Of a DNA stretch of 64,000 nucleotides, positions 49,350 to 63,335 are shown one piece after another (position 1 is the first letter of the stretch; each line of letters starts with the position of its first letter). Position numbers and translations under genes: made by a program. The notes beneath the pieces were generated by a model, which worked only from the letters and a program-made list of their open reading frames with translations, searched no databases and was not told the origin of the DNA. The DNA is from Camelus dromedarius (Eukaryota), in the NCBI RefSeq assembly GCF_036321535.1, contig NC_087436.1:70558001-70622000 (forward strand). Reading direction: 5' to 3'.

Positions 49350-49535
49350 GAGGCAGTGGGATTGGTATTCAGAGATCTGGAGTTAAATGTTAGTTTTACC
49401 ACTTGCTGTGTGATCATGCACTTAACCTCCTTGAAGTTCCTTTTGCTTATGTATAAAGTGTTAAAAATAATAATACTAATCTCAGAGTGCTTTTATGAGG
49501 ATTAAGTAAAATAATGAAAGTTAAAGTACTTAGTA
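49350..49535 (+). mobile_element. MIR
   Basis: ccacttgctgtgtgatc...cacttaacctcc...taatactaatctcagagtgcttttatgaggattaagtaaaataat. Confidence 0.65.
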
Positions 49536-50757
49536 CTCAGAAAGATTAGTTGACCCTTCATCTTAGATATGCACATTTTCTAGTAGATTTATTATGTCAA
49601 TAGAGGGGGAAGAGAGTATGAGTGAGTCAGTGAGGGTACAGAGAATGGTCTGTAGGCTCATTATACTGGTATGAGGTGAGGGGTCAGTTTATGTGTCATT
49701 GTGTTACATGTGTGTTTACATTTTTATCTAATATGTACAAATAAGAGTATCACCGTCTTCCTTTGCTGTACATTCTCCTTACCCCTCTTTATTGTATCTA
49801 GTAGATACAATTGCAAGGACTTTATGCATTGCTACATGTGTGCTAAAAAGACTAACAGTGATTTTCAAACTTAGTACAGAATGCAATTAATTTTTAGAGA
49901 AGACAGGATGTACCTGCCAAGTGAGTACTTTGAAAATGAAATTGTTTTTGATTGTGTGAAACTGCTAGAAAATGTGATTCTCCAAAGCTTTCTTTTTCTT
50001 AAGGCCAAAATACAGTGGTATGGAAATTAATTATGATTGTACACTTGAGGCTGGTTCTTTTTCTTTTTCTTCTTTTTTTAAAAATCAAACTGAAAAAAAA
50101 CAAAGTTTCTTTGGACCAAGAGCAGTAATGAGACATTCATATGCCCTGGGTTTTTAGACAGAAAAGGTCTGCTAGCGGTAGCTTTGAGTAGAGGAATCAC
50201 CACCTGCACAAGGAGTAGCATACTTTTGGGTAGTCTTGTATTTCACCTTTTTTGTACAAGGTGACATTTTCCCCTGCCACCCCAACTCGCTCAGGATTGC
50301 AGTATAATGAGTCTACATCATCAGCCAAAACTCTAAAGAGAAAGCACTGATTTACTCTGACAGTGTGTCTTATTGACTGTTAAGTGCAAAATATCCACAG
50401 TAGAACATTGTCAGGGACCCGTTGTGCAACAGCATCCCAGGTTTGCTGACGTGCCACACAGAAATTTCTGATTCCCAGAGAGAATTTGGTTTGTAACTTC
50501 TTGGCGCTTGTCCTTGTCTTCTTTGACTTGGGTGATATGTTTCTGGAAAAGGCTGATTAAACAGTGAGTTTTGAAAACAAAGTAATGTATTTATTTGATT
50601 GCATAGGTGAGGATTTAGAGGAAAGACCACATATGATCTTTTGGTGTGTGGTTATGTGGCAGGGATGCTAATTTCATAATGTGCTTGCAGTATCATAGTT
50701 GGGAGCAAGGACATGCTAGGACATATCCTCTGGTTAAGATAACTGGTTTATTTAGAG

Positions 50758-50933
50758 CAGTGGCTCTCCAACTTTAGCTTACTTTAAAATCATTTTGAAG
50801 GTTTGTTAAAACCCCCATTGCTGTGTTGGATATAGTTGGTCTGCAGTGAGTCCCAGGAATTTACATTTTTATCATGTGCTCACCGGCTGCTGCTGCTGCT
50901 GCTGCTCTGGGAACCGCACTTTGGGAACCACTG
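50758..50933. mobile_element. MER5A hAT-Charlie MITE with internal (CTG)6-7
   Basis: TIRs cagtggctctccaa / ttgggaaccactg; 8-bp TSD atttagag / attcagaa (6/8); cccaggaatttacatttt motif. Confidence 0.88.
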
Positions 50934-53294
50934 ATTCAGAACATTGGGAAGCATTTGTCTCTGGTTCAGGGTGTTAGAGGGGAGGGGTGGAGAGTTTGTT
51001 AGGGAGGGAGGTGGGAAGAGATGCGAGAATGCTGATCATCTTGCTTAAGATCTACCCAGAAGTGTTGACTGCTGAATTCTTTCAGTGTATTACAAAGTTA
51101 AACATCAGTGAAGGTGTTAATATTACTTCTATTAATGAGAATCAGATAAGGTCGGGAGGGACAATAGATCTGATTATTTCTTAACACAGGCCTCCTCTTC
51201 CCCATCTGGTTCCTGCATCTGCCTTGACCCCATGCTGTTCTCTGCTCCCTCCATGGAGTACAAATACAGATAGCTACGCTATAACTGTCTTTCAGAAATG
51301 AGAGAAATATTGAGACTGTATATGAGGTTTCTTGGAAAAGTTGTGACATCGGTCAGGATTACCATTATAGTGGAAACCTTATTCATTTGGCTTCTACCTA
51401 TTCAGATTTTGCAGCAGTTAGGACAGTGCTTGGGTTGACATGTAGCACTGCAGTATTTACAAAGAATTTCCAAAGCAAATCAGTGAACTTAGACTATTGC
51501 CCAGGAAATTTAAAGTACTTAGTGAAAAGCTGCTTTCAAATTCATTTCAGTGTTGCTGCTTACATAGAATTGATTTGATAATTAGAAATCAGTCTTATCT
51601 ATTCATTTACATAAACTGCTATTAATTTATGGTTAGGATTACTAAGACTTCATTGCTTTAAGAAAATACAGTTCAGATTTCTTTACTTATTCAAGGAGAA
51701 TTTTCACCCACTTAATCTGAAAAACTGACTTTGTTTTTTAATGTAAAGTACAAAATTGTATGCACTCATCATCTCACATTAGCTTCAAGCCCAGCGTTAT
51801 TTGGGGGCATTCATGTTTGTATCTGGTGCCTTTTGTATTGAGTGGACACTAGAAACCTGGTAGGCGGTTCAGAAAAGAAAATGTGGCTTTCAAAGGGGTC
51901 CTTTTAATTTTGCTCATAGAGCAGTTTTTCAGATGTTACTTTCCTTTGAAAAATGCCCTGTACTCAAATTTTCCTGAAATAAAACATCTCACCAGGTAAA
52001 AGGTTTAGGAGAGCTAGGCCACGCTTGTTCAATGAAATGCAGCAGAGTGGAAAATATTCTGTTTTGCCAGCTCAAGAAAATTGATCTAGTAGTTAAAAAC
52101 AATTATATTATTTAAAGAACTGCTGTTACATGGACATTAAATTATTAGGGGTTGATTTTAGTCTTTTGTAAAATTATGTGTTGAGGTTTCGGTCTGAAGG
52201 AAGAGAAGTCTGTAATCTAAAGAATTATGTGGAAACAAGTGTGAAGCTATGTTCGAATTTGGGTGCTTGTTTTTTCAACCCTTGTCCTCTTGATGCGAAG
52301 ACCAGCCTGAGTCAGATCTCTGAGGATTAGATGATGGACACATTACTCAGCGTCCTCCAGGGGCAGGTCAAACACCCTGGCTTTGAAAAGTTACTTTTTT
52401 GCTTAGTGAGCCTAGAAATTTCAGGTCCAACTGCAGAATGAAAGCTCAGTATTCTGTTTATTAACCAGTCTGCTTGAAAATAGTCTCTCCTTTTCCTCGA
52501 TCTCCTTCCTCTGTGCTCTCAAATAACCATGTCGAAGTCACGGGATGGATTGCCCATGGACTTTACCTACAGCAGCTCCACTGCCGGGGAGCTTTGTTCC
52601 TATGGAGTATTCCTGATGAAATCCATCCCTGGCCTTGGATAAGAAGTTTGGCATGTTAAGGGGGAAAGAAGGGGTACCTTAATTTTAGTCTGGCACATGG
52701 GAACACAGGAAGTAAGGGGGGCTGCGATAACACTGCTGTGAGGCAAAGAGTGGGGATTCTGAATCAGGTGTCCACTAACAAGAAATACTGTTGATCAAAG
52801 TGTTAGCCAGAGGATGGAATGCAGATGGCTCTGGGGGTCGATCTGAGCAAGGGGTGTCCTGGGAAGGACTGCAGAGGTCCCGGCCTTTTACTGTGGCGCG
52901 GGCTCTTCAGACGAGAGGAAAGAGCCCATCTCTCTGGGCAATAGAAATGGGTAGACCAGGATGTCTATGAAGGGCTAAAACAAGAGGCAAACCAGAACTA
53001 GGAGTAAATTTATTTTTAATGCATATTGTTTTACATGTTTCTTTTAAAGTTTAACTTATCTTGAAATAGAACCAGGAAGCAAGACTTAAACAAGGTGTAT
53101 GAGATTTTATGCATTTTTCATTTAACCGTGTTAGCACTCTACCCTAACTTTCCAACACTTCAGGAGACTCCTAATGTAGCTGAAGCACCATCCCCATCCC
53201 CATCCTCATCTGCTAGTCTTCACAAAGTGTGCAGCCAGAGCCTGTGTGTTTTTGATGAGAAGTCGTTTATGAGGCTTCACTTCTGTTTTTCCAG

Positions 53295-53371
53295 GTAGCC
53301 CCGCCATGACTCACAGGAATCTGACTTCTTCCAGTCTGAATGACATTTCTGATAAACCGGAGAAAGACCAG
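53295..53371 (+). CDS. SLC4A4: SLC4A4 internal coding exon (probably exon 7): (G)[25 protein letters not shown]
   Basis: Acceptor ttctgtttttccAG (53293-53294); donor CAG|GTAAGC at 53372. 77 nt, phase 1 to 0. Joins exon 16303-16482 as G|GT = Gly. Not in the ORF track. Confidence 0.97.
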
Positions 53372-53534
53372 GTAAGCAAAGAATTCTTGCTTCTTTGAAC
53401 TGCGAGACTAAATGTATACCTGGAAGATGCTGGGGAGAGGTTAGAAATGACGGTTCCCTGACCTGAAATGAACCAGTATGGGTAGATGGGTTCTTTTTTT
53501 CACTTTCTCTGGGGGAAGGGATTTGAAGTTTAGA

Positions 53535-53705
53535 AGATAAGAATTAGGCTTGACTCCAGCTCTTAACGGTGTATTCACTCGGGCAGTTTAAATCTTGGAG
53601 CTACAGTTCTCTCAGCTTTAAGATAGTGATAATAATTCCTACCTCAGGTTGATTGTGAGGATTAAATAAGATAATTTACGAAAAAAGTGCTTTGGCAAAC
53701 TGTTG
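53535..53705 (+). mobile_element. MIR
   Basis: ataataattcctacctcaggttgattgtgaggattaaataagataat...aaagtgctttggcaaactg. Confidence 0.7.
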
Positions 53706-56700
53706 AGGGCTAGGAAATGTTGGAAATTGCTAACGTTGGGGGGACACCTCAGGCAAAGCTATTGTGTATTTGTTTGTCTATTAAAAGACATATTAAGTAG
53801 CCTATTTGAAATGGAAAACAATTAGGTTTTGAATCTCAATTTGCTTTCCTTTAAAAAGCATGTGGTAGAAACTGGGCCACTTTCCCAGTTGGGTTGGGTA
53901 TCTGGGCTTGACATTAGCAGAAAATGGGGAGTAGGTATAAATTTTGCACTTTATATTAAAAGATAAAATGAGTTATTTGCACTAATTGGCTGAAAATTCT
54001 ACCTGAATAAATAAAGAAATCTGAATTATATATCTGTAAGGCAGTGAAGCCTTATTTTCCACAGTGTTCCTCTTTAACTGACAGAGGTTTTTAGACATTG
54101 ATGAATTCTAAAAAGCACAGGAAAGGTGAAATTATGTTCCTTCTTGTAAGGTGGCTTTTGATTCTTTCTTCCTTCTTCTTCTCACCAGCAGCCCCCTAAT
54201 GGGGCCTTCATCATCTCAGAACAGATTGCTAGAAGAGCCTTTGGAATTAATCCTGTTTCCATTTTCTCCCAACTCAATACACTTTTCATATTATTGCCCT
54301 TATAACTCTCTCCTGGATCAAAAGTGTGTAATGGCTTCTTACCAAGTTACATTCAGAATTCCCTGACTTTTTAAGATTCTCTGACATCTGGTGTTATCTT
54401 TCCCATCTTAACTTAAATGTGTTTCCCAGAAGAGAAACTCTGCTTTGTTTCTGCCTAATTACCTACCCCTTCTGCACTGAGATTAATTCTTGCCTTCTAA
54501 ATGCTGGTAGTGATGGCTCTCTCCTACCACTGGCCTACCTGATGATGTGGGAGAAGATCACTTAAATACTGGCTACACTGGTACATTCATACCAGTCGTG
54601 AAAAGGGAAAACTCAGTCCCCTAGGACTTGTTGAGAATTTCCCTCAAAACAATTTTGTACATTTTGGCTCTATACAGTATTCACCAAGCACCATTCCGAT
54701 TATGAGGTTGGCCAGGGTCCTTGATATTGGATAAGGCAGAGTTAGAAATACCTGGCTGACACTTCTTCTGAAATGTCTGGAAGGCTTCTTTTATTGCGGA
54801 CAGTTCTTTTGTCAGTAGCAGGTGGTAAATTCTGAGAAAGATTTCTTACCTTCTTGGGTGTCTTCGAATCTGGGCGTATGCCAAAGAAATTTGATGGCTC
54901 AAGATGTGTATTACATAAGGTTGTGATTCCAGTGTTAGAAGAAATAGGTTGGAACATGATGATTTGGGGTGTTGATTTTGCTGTGAAACCTATGTGATTT
55001 GGTCCTTAAAACCAGACTCTGTTGCCTGTCACTGATGCATCACATTCATAGAGATTCATGTGAAGATGAAACCGGGAAGACTCAGTTCAAGAGTTTTGTT
55101 CTTTTTGTTTTCAAAACCAGAGAGTGAGGTTGATGAATATATCATTGTAAGAGCAACTGTCCATCTTCGTTTATCTAATATAATAGTCATAGTTAACCCC
55201 CAAAGAGGACGAAACTCTGTTCTTTGTTCCCACCAAGAAATTTGAAGAGAAGCTTTGTAACTGATCCATGATCTCCTCTATAACCAAAGGTAGAGTATAA
55301 ATTCCAACTAATATTTCCAGTTTCTATACTTACTATCTTAGTGACTTCAGATACAAAAGCTCTGGGATCATTTTAGGGCGAGAAGAAGAAAATGGACTTG
55401 CTAAGAAGATGAAGCCAGGGCAAAAACCACAATAAACCCAGGCTTTTATTTTTTAACCTGCTTTTTCTGTGTTTGGGTGGGAAAAAAAGGTTGCCAGGCT
55501 CAAATTTGTTTTGAAAAAGCTTTTACAATTAATTAGCCAGTGTCCTGGAAATGATCTTGGCAGTAAAGTCAAACTTGTTCTGTATGCTTTTCCAAGTTGG
55601 CCCCAGAAAAACTTCCATCCAACTGGAACTGAAGTTTTCTGATTGACTGATTATCCTGCCTGGATACAATTCGAACAGTTGTGACGGTGCTTGGTGACTT
55701 CCCGGGGCTGTGTAACTTCCCTGCAGCACAAGAGACAGGTTTAATGTTCAGAGTTCTGATGAGGAGCAGTTTTCTTTCTGACAGCTACATAGTGACAAAA
55801 TTCGAAGGCATATTTTTTATGAGATTCTGTTTTAGGGAAACAGAAGAAACAAATCTGCGGACTGCACTTTCTCTCTCTGGCTCTGCCAAGCCTATGCACT
55901 GATGATTTCAGTAGCGGCTGCTTTATTGAGAAATAGCTCAAAATAGTTAACAGCAGAAGAAAAAGCATGGCCAGAATTGAGGTGACTCAGTGCTTCAACA
56001 ATATTCCATCTTGGATGTTGTATTTATTAAGCAGAAAAACACCTGGGGAGAAGATTTAAACATACATATATATATAGCTGGAGCTCATATACTTGTAAAT
56101 CGACATAAATGATCTCCTCTATTTTGTTGCTATGGAGGGTTTTCCTTTCCTTCATTATCCAGTTACCTTCCCCAATTACCTTAGATTGATTTGTTTTTCT
56201 ATCTCCTTTTATTCCTTTTCTGTTCTTTAAAATATGTTAGAACTGCCATGGATGCTTATCAAATGCGGTGGGTTAGTTCTAATTTTCTTGTGAGTGTGAG
56301 ATCAGCTGTGAGGATTAGGAAGTCTTTTTTTTTAAAATCATTTTACCTCTTAGCTTTAACTCTGGAGGAAATAACCGTGCTCAGTGCTGCAATGACTTTA
56401 AAAGGGCTTGTTTTGTTTTTTTGTTTTCGTTTTTCCAGGATTATCAATAATGCAAAAAGCTCTCACAATTACGTGACCAACCTTAAGTGAAATTGCAGTC
56501 TCTAGACTGCAGGGGATGCAGTCGATGTAGAAATCCCTCGCAGATTGTTAGAGAGACACTTCCAGCTCACATGACTTTGTAACATCTTATCTGGCGATGG
56601 CTTCCATGATGCTTGCTATTTAGCTAGCTTATCTGAGAACCCATCCCTACTTCTCCTGGTAGAATCTGGCCTCAGGTTAGTTTCTAAAGTGTGTTGTAAT

Positions 56701-59700
56701 CCCTTTTAGCACTGCCTGTTGCCTATTATCTTTAAATACACTTGATGGCCTCGATTTCTGTTTTTGAAGTCTTGGTCTTTTGTAGAGATATACCTGAATT
56801 TAAATATTTTTGTCAGAGAATAAGAGGATGAAATCCTTAAACCACATGTAAGTTTGGAACTGCTAAGCCATGACCGCCTTAAAATGAAATCTGGAAAGAA
56901 GCATTTTGTGACTGGATGAGCCCCTAATTCTTTTCTTACACGTGTGTGATACAGAGGCGAGTCAACTAAATTCGGGTGAGACGAATTTTTCATCGTGTTG
57001 GTTTCCACCCTGAGGCTCACACACAGTCTCCCTTAGCATTCGTAGCTATTGCACACTCACAGTGATGGAAGAGGGCTATTGCACCTGCTTTTCCTTTTCC
57101 ATGGCTCGGCCAGAAGACCCTCCGATTCACACAGAGCGCCGGGTGGTCTCGCCCCCCTCCTCAGGGAGGGCGCAGTGGCGGGACGGGCTCGGGTTTGCCG
57201 AGGTTATGCTTCTTGTCTTCAGCACGTGCTCGGGGGCCAGTGAAGCACTGCTGTGTCAGGAAAGCTCCAGATGGAATCACACCTGTGAAAACCTGAGAAG
57301 AAAGGCATGTTGTGAGGAGGCGGTTGCAGTCGTTAGGTGTGCTGAGTCACTCACTGCAGTTTCGGTAACTGCGATGAGTTTCCCTGTGGTTGGGCGGCTC
57401 CAGCTTTCCATCGGGCAGGAGTCCTTGATGGGAACTGGTGTACCCATTGCGATGGTTACCTTTGGAGCCCGTTTCCAAGGGGATCAGCTAGCTACTTAGA
57501 CAATTAACAAAACTGATGTCTGTCACTGTCTTTTCCCTTTCTCCAAAACTTTTGACTTTATGTAGCTTCCTTCTCCCTCCTTATGCTCTCTCCCATATTC
57601 TGAAAGAATTAACAACCACATTGGTTAATGGTTATTAGAAGAGTTTGAGAAGCACTGATACTTATACTGACTTTAGGAACCTGTGTTCTTGACCTGTGTC
57701 CCAAATAAAATTGAGACACTTGAATTTTCCAGTTTTTGCAACGTTATACTTTCTGTGAAAAACTTTTTATCTGGATCAGCCTGACAGCCTTCATTTAAAA
57801 ACGAGTTTTGTGTCAGCCTGAAAGTGAAGTAGATACACTTGTTCCAGGTAATCTAAGCTCTATCTTGTGTTTTCAGGTAAGAAAAGGAGGAGCCAAGGTA
57901 GCAGGTGTGCAGAGGTAGGTGAGGCCAGGAAGTATGCAGGGAGACCTTTTAATTTTATTCGAAGTGCCATGAAACAGTGTTTCAGGAGAGTTGTGTGTTC
58001 TGACTTACCTTTGAAAAGGACCACTGGGGGTGCTGTGTGCTAGGATGGAGGAACTTGCTCATGTCCTGGATCATCGGTGGTGGTCCTGTAATTAAGCACT
58101 GGGTACACACCACGTGCATTACACAGCGCAATGGACGTTTCTTACTGCGTGTGCCCTAGATGTCAAGACCTTGTTCCTCTCGGCAAAGGAAGTTCTTCTG
58201 TTCCATACAAGTACTGTAAGAAAAAAAAATGAGTTTACTAGTTAAAATATCTTCCATGTACTCTTAATTAAATTATTAATTAACATTAATAAAAATGAAA
58301 GTATTTTATTGCACGAGAAGTGGAGGTAGGCCCCCGGGAGTGGCGAGGCTGAGCTTTTGAGTGATTGTGTCTGTTACCTGCAGTGCTCTTTTGGATGTCA
58401 CCGGGGGAAAACACACGACCCACGATCCCTTCGCCAAGGGCCTGTCTCCGGAACAAGTGTCTTAGTCTTTATTGTTCAGAAAGGGGCATCGGGGTGTGTA
58501 TGCAGGAGACAGGACCACCGAGGGGGGTCCTGAGCCGCACCCTCACCTGTCCCTGTACCTGTGAGAGAATCGAACTCTAGGAGCACCGCAGGGCGTTCCT
58601 GTATTCAAAATTTAACAAAAAGGATTGCAGGTTTTACATGTCTTCAGTGATGACCTGTTGTGTTTCGTGTTTGATGTCACTTATTGTCCTCTTTTTAGTG
58701 TGTAGCCGTCTGCCTGAATCCCAGTACCAGGAATGCACTTAGATTGTATCGCAGAGCAGTAGGAGGCCGTTACAGTTGTCCTTGATGAATATCTACTCTC
58801 GTGTCACATGTCACCTACCTCTGACCAAAACGTCATTTAAAAAAAAAAAAAACAAAAAACTAGCTTTTTCCCCCCTCGAAGTGGAAAACCAGAAAACAGC
58901 GGCACCTTATGGTGAACACCCTAAGGGCGTGGTTAAGAAACCTTTATAGTACTTATAAATAAAAACATGGACTCATTCTTTACCTGCTCTAGTAACATTT
59001 TATTATCTGTAATATTTTTTAAACTTTAGTTTTTTTCTACTTCATAATTATACAAAATTGCTGTAAAAATTCAAACAAAGCAAAAACAAATAAAATAGAA
59101 AGTGAAAGTTTACAAATTCTCACCCTCAAATAACCACTTATTAGCAGGTTGATGTAGAATCTTCTAGACTTTTTCTATGCATTAAAAATATATATACTTA
59201 TTTATATAAACTACAAATGGGATTGTATGATTCTGCAACTGGAGTTTTTAAAGAGCTAACTTTTTTTTTTTTAATTCTTTTATGGGCATTTCTGAAGGAG
59301 AAGTTTTTGTAAGTGGAAAATTGCTGGGTCATTATGTATTGCCAATTACCTCCCCAAAAGATTATACCAATTTGTGTCCTAGGTCTTTTAAACACTTTAA
59401 TAAATCTGCCTCCACTGCTGGGATACTGTTTGCCAGTCAAATTTGAGTTTCTCCTTTGTGATTCACTCCACTAAAAGCTTAGCGACTCAGTTAAAGTGAA
59501 AAGAATCTCTCAGTCAGTAGCATCTGCCTCCCAGCTCACTCTGGGGCTTTTTTCAGAAGCTTAGAATATCAAGGCTAAAACTGGGTTTACTTTCCTGGTC
59601 TAATTGGATCTCTGAGACGGCTAATCCGCTGGTATTCAGAGGTAAGGAGGTGAGAAGTACGGTGGTAGACGACTTGGCCACCTGTGTGTTTCTGATTGCT

Positions 59701-61757
59701 TCTGCTCAAGGAGCTGCTGTTCCCAGCTCTGCAAGAAATCCGGTCCGCTTTAGGAGAATCTCCTTGGCAACCAAAAATGCCTCCTCTTAAGGGCCCTTCT
59801 TGGTGGTCAGCATCTGGAACAAAGAAGAAAATTGCAAGAAGGGTGGGGCAAGTGTTCTCTTTGGAGCACCATCCAGCACATTTGCACTTGGCCCTAATCT
59901 CCCTGCTCCCGAATCCTCCACCCTCAAGAGAATTTTAAGTGAACTGACGTACGTACTGTAAAGTTAGTTCAGTGAAAAGTTTATACCTTATACCTTGGTT
60001 CGGAGCTCTGATGGAGTGTTGTCATCTGGGATAACTGATAATAAGATCAGTGAACCATCCTTTACAGGTAGGGGGAGGTATCTGCAGATTTTGCTGTTTC
60101 CCTCCTTCCCTCGCCACCGGGAATCTCTGCAGCAAGAGGCCAAGCCAAGGGAGGAAGTTTTTCTTGCTCTTCTTCAGAAAGAGAAGGGCTTCCCACTGTT
60201 CCCAGCTCACTTGTCTGATTGATCCAGTGGCTCCTTGACTTAGCTGCCTCTGCAGGATCGCCTGACCTTATCAGTCACCAGCAGAGTGTCCTGATTTCTC
60301 CGTGCATTAGCACCAATGGTCTGGTTTCACTCCCTAGAACTGAGGTGAAATGAACACAACCATGCTTCCCTTTTCTCTGCTGCCATGTTAAAATGGTAGC
60401 CGTAGTTTTTCCTGCAGTCTGAAAGCCAGCGTTAAACATACCCAGTTGACGTTACCACCTGATTAGTGTTCTAGGCATGTGCATACAAGAGGCTAGAAGG
60501 TGACCAAGCCATTTTGCAGGGAGCCTTGTAACAGCTCTGAACTTCAGTGTTAGCAGCACTGAGCTCCTTCGGGCTCCACGTGGTAGCATTGAGTCTGTTC
60601 TTCTGTGGAGGATAATGACAACGACTAACATAGACTGAACACCTTTTCACACTAGTGCTTTGGTTGGTACAATCAACCCTGTTTTATATATTGGTAAACT
60701 TGAGGCACAAAGATAGTAAGTAGTTGTTTGCAAAGTTAAATAGCAACCAAGTGTTAAGAGCTGCTGCCTGGCCCTGGGGCCTGTGCTCTCAGTGAGCACA
60801 GTGAATTCTACTTATTTGTATCATGGTCTTTTTTAGGTCTTGAGCCCCAGGTGTCCAGTTGGTAGCTAGTAACCTTAAGTTTGTCTTTGAGGCACACATC
60901 ATGCTGAATGGGCTCATCAGCAGAACTGTTCTTAGATAAACCAACAGTTAAACATTCTTAAGAGTCTTCCGGTGACTGGCTGTTTCTGCTGCCACAGTGA
61001 TTAAGAAGCTCAGTGGTCCGACTGTTTGTTGTGTGCCCAGACCCCGAGTGGTATTGGTGGAGGTCAGGGAGAAGAGGCTTATATAATTTTTTAAAAAGCA
61101 TAAAATATGACCTCAGATTGTGAGTTTATTTCTAGCTGGAGAGACCAAATAAACTGTGTGGTGCTGACAGTAAAGTACAGCAGTTCCATGAAAGACAAGA
61201 TAACTGTGGGCCGGAGCTGTCAATCAAAGAGAAGCAAGGGACCTTAGAAGCATCCTTCTATTTTAGAGAACATAAGTAGCAGAAGATTAGAGTTTTAGCC
61301 AAATAAAACATTCTTCCTTGGAGAAGGGGTTAGTTAAGGAGAAGGGGTAGGGTAAGGTAGAATGTAAGAAATAAATCGGAATATAATTTATCTGCAGTTT
61401 AACAATTCAAGTGAATGACTTGGTTTACCCAACAAATGGAAAATAATGTGACTTTTAAAATTCTTAGAACGATGGCCATTAATCCCCTAAATTTAATGAA
61501 ATATGACAGAGTTTCAGTGTTACCCTTTTGTTGTTGTTGTTGTTAGAGTTACCAGTAGAATTTGCAGACATAGATTAGATTAATTATCCAGGGCCAGGGT
61601 GGGTACTCACTTAATATACAGATCTTTACTTATGCTTTGAGAAACAGCCCATGGTCCCTTAACTTTTAGGCTGTTCAGCATTTGTTCTTGCTGTTGATAC
61701 ACTGTCACTTCTAGGTCAGTAAGTCTGATAGAGGCGCATCGTTGTAGCCTTCATTTT

Positions 61758-61777
61758 TGTGTGTGTGTGTGTGTGTG
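61758..61777. repeat. (TG)10 microsatellite
   Basis: Read directly. Confidence 0.9.
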
Positions 61778-63312
61778 CTGGTAAGAGGAAAAAACAATTA
61801 TTATTGAACTTTTTCATTAAGGTGATCACAGGAATAGCTTTGAAAACTTAAATCAGTGTGTTAAACCTTAAGTCCTCTGAACCTCAGTTTTCCAATTCAT
61901 AATAAAGGTCTTATAATTCAGTCTGAACTGCCTTCTCCATAGGGTTGTTGTGGGAAAAGGACTGTGCTTAAGGCAGTTGAAATATTAGACAAGTCTTAGT
62001 TATCACTGTCATTTGCATTATTTAAATGTGCTATGTTTTTTATTTTTGGTTTGGTTTTGCAGTAAGAAGGGGTAAGATGGAAGTCAGTTGCGTTTTTTTC
62101 ATTTCTTACTCCTCAGATTTACATCGTGAATCTTGCTCTTTGGGGTTTCACGTTTTTAACTTCTCTACTCCATTGCTCTGTCTGCATTCTAATGAAATGT
62201 GTCTGATTGTCCTTCTGTGAATAGTGTTACTGCGTGCACATTTCCACTGGACCCAAGCATCTCTTTTCCTCTTGCTTTTTTTAAGTCCTGCCTTTACTTC
62301 AATACCTAAGTAAAGTCTTGCTTTTTCCTGCCACTCATCTTTGGATGAGTGACTCATGTGAATTATACCTGTCTCAAATTCTAACACCATCTAAGCGCTT
62401 ACTGTTTGTCACTTTACAGGGAATCACTTGTTTGTTATTGTGTGTCTCATCTTCTTTATGGGGTAGGGAGTTTGGGAAGGCAGAGGGTCTGGGGTGGAGG
62501 GAGAGGCAGGAGTCTTGTAAGTTAGTTGCTGAGTGTAATGATGATGATGACTAATTGGGGAGAATCAACTTTTACTTATCTTGTTTCTCAAAAAAAATTT
62601 TTTAAAGGCTGAGAAAATGACTGTGACTATGAGAGTTTCTCAGAGAAAGATGATTTCTGAAAGTATTGTTAGTATATTTTCATTCTAACAACTTTAAAAT
62701 TTGTACGTCTTATCATGATCACTGACATAGTGTTTCATTAAGTTAACCAGTTGCTTGAAATGCACATTCTTGCCCAGCTCATACAGTAAAATTTTTTCTT
62801 CAACTAAAACAATCATGTAAATTCTAATATTTCAAAAATAGTTTGCTCTTTCATTTGTTAAAATCCATTTACACATTTTTCTCATAATTGAAAGCTCAGT
62901 GAACACAGTTACCTGCTGATTGACATAGCTTAAAGAAAAAACCAAATCTTTTTTTTTTTTTTAACAAAGTTTAGTGTGTCACAAGGATATACTGGAAATT
63001 CAACTGTCAGCACAGAAAGACACTCTATTGCAAGATGACATGATATTGCTTAATTTCCCAGGCATGGCACATTTCAAATCACGGACTAGCCAACATTCTA
63101 CTTTTAGACATGAGCTACCTCATTTTGTATGACATGAAATGGTGTGAAATTAGGGGTAAGGCAGATCAGACTTGGAAAGGATTTATTACTGAATGTGATT
63201 TATTATAGAATTTACGAGCTCTATACGTGATTAAAACTCTGTTTCACTTTACATTTTTCTTACAGTTTTGATTCCAAAGACCGCATTATGGTTAAGATCC
63301 AAGTATATAATC

Positions 63313-63335
63313 AAATAAATAAATAAATAAATAAA
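63313..63335. repeat. (AAAT)5 tetranucleotide repeat
   Basis: Read directly. Confidence 0.85.

Noticed and set aside
57062..57499. 145-aa ORF
   Set aside because: Explained by local GC richness (fewer stops); no recognisable homology and not part of NBCe1 as I recall it.
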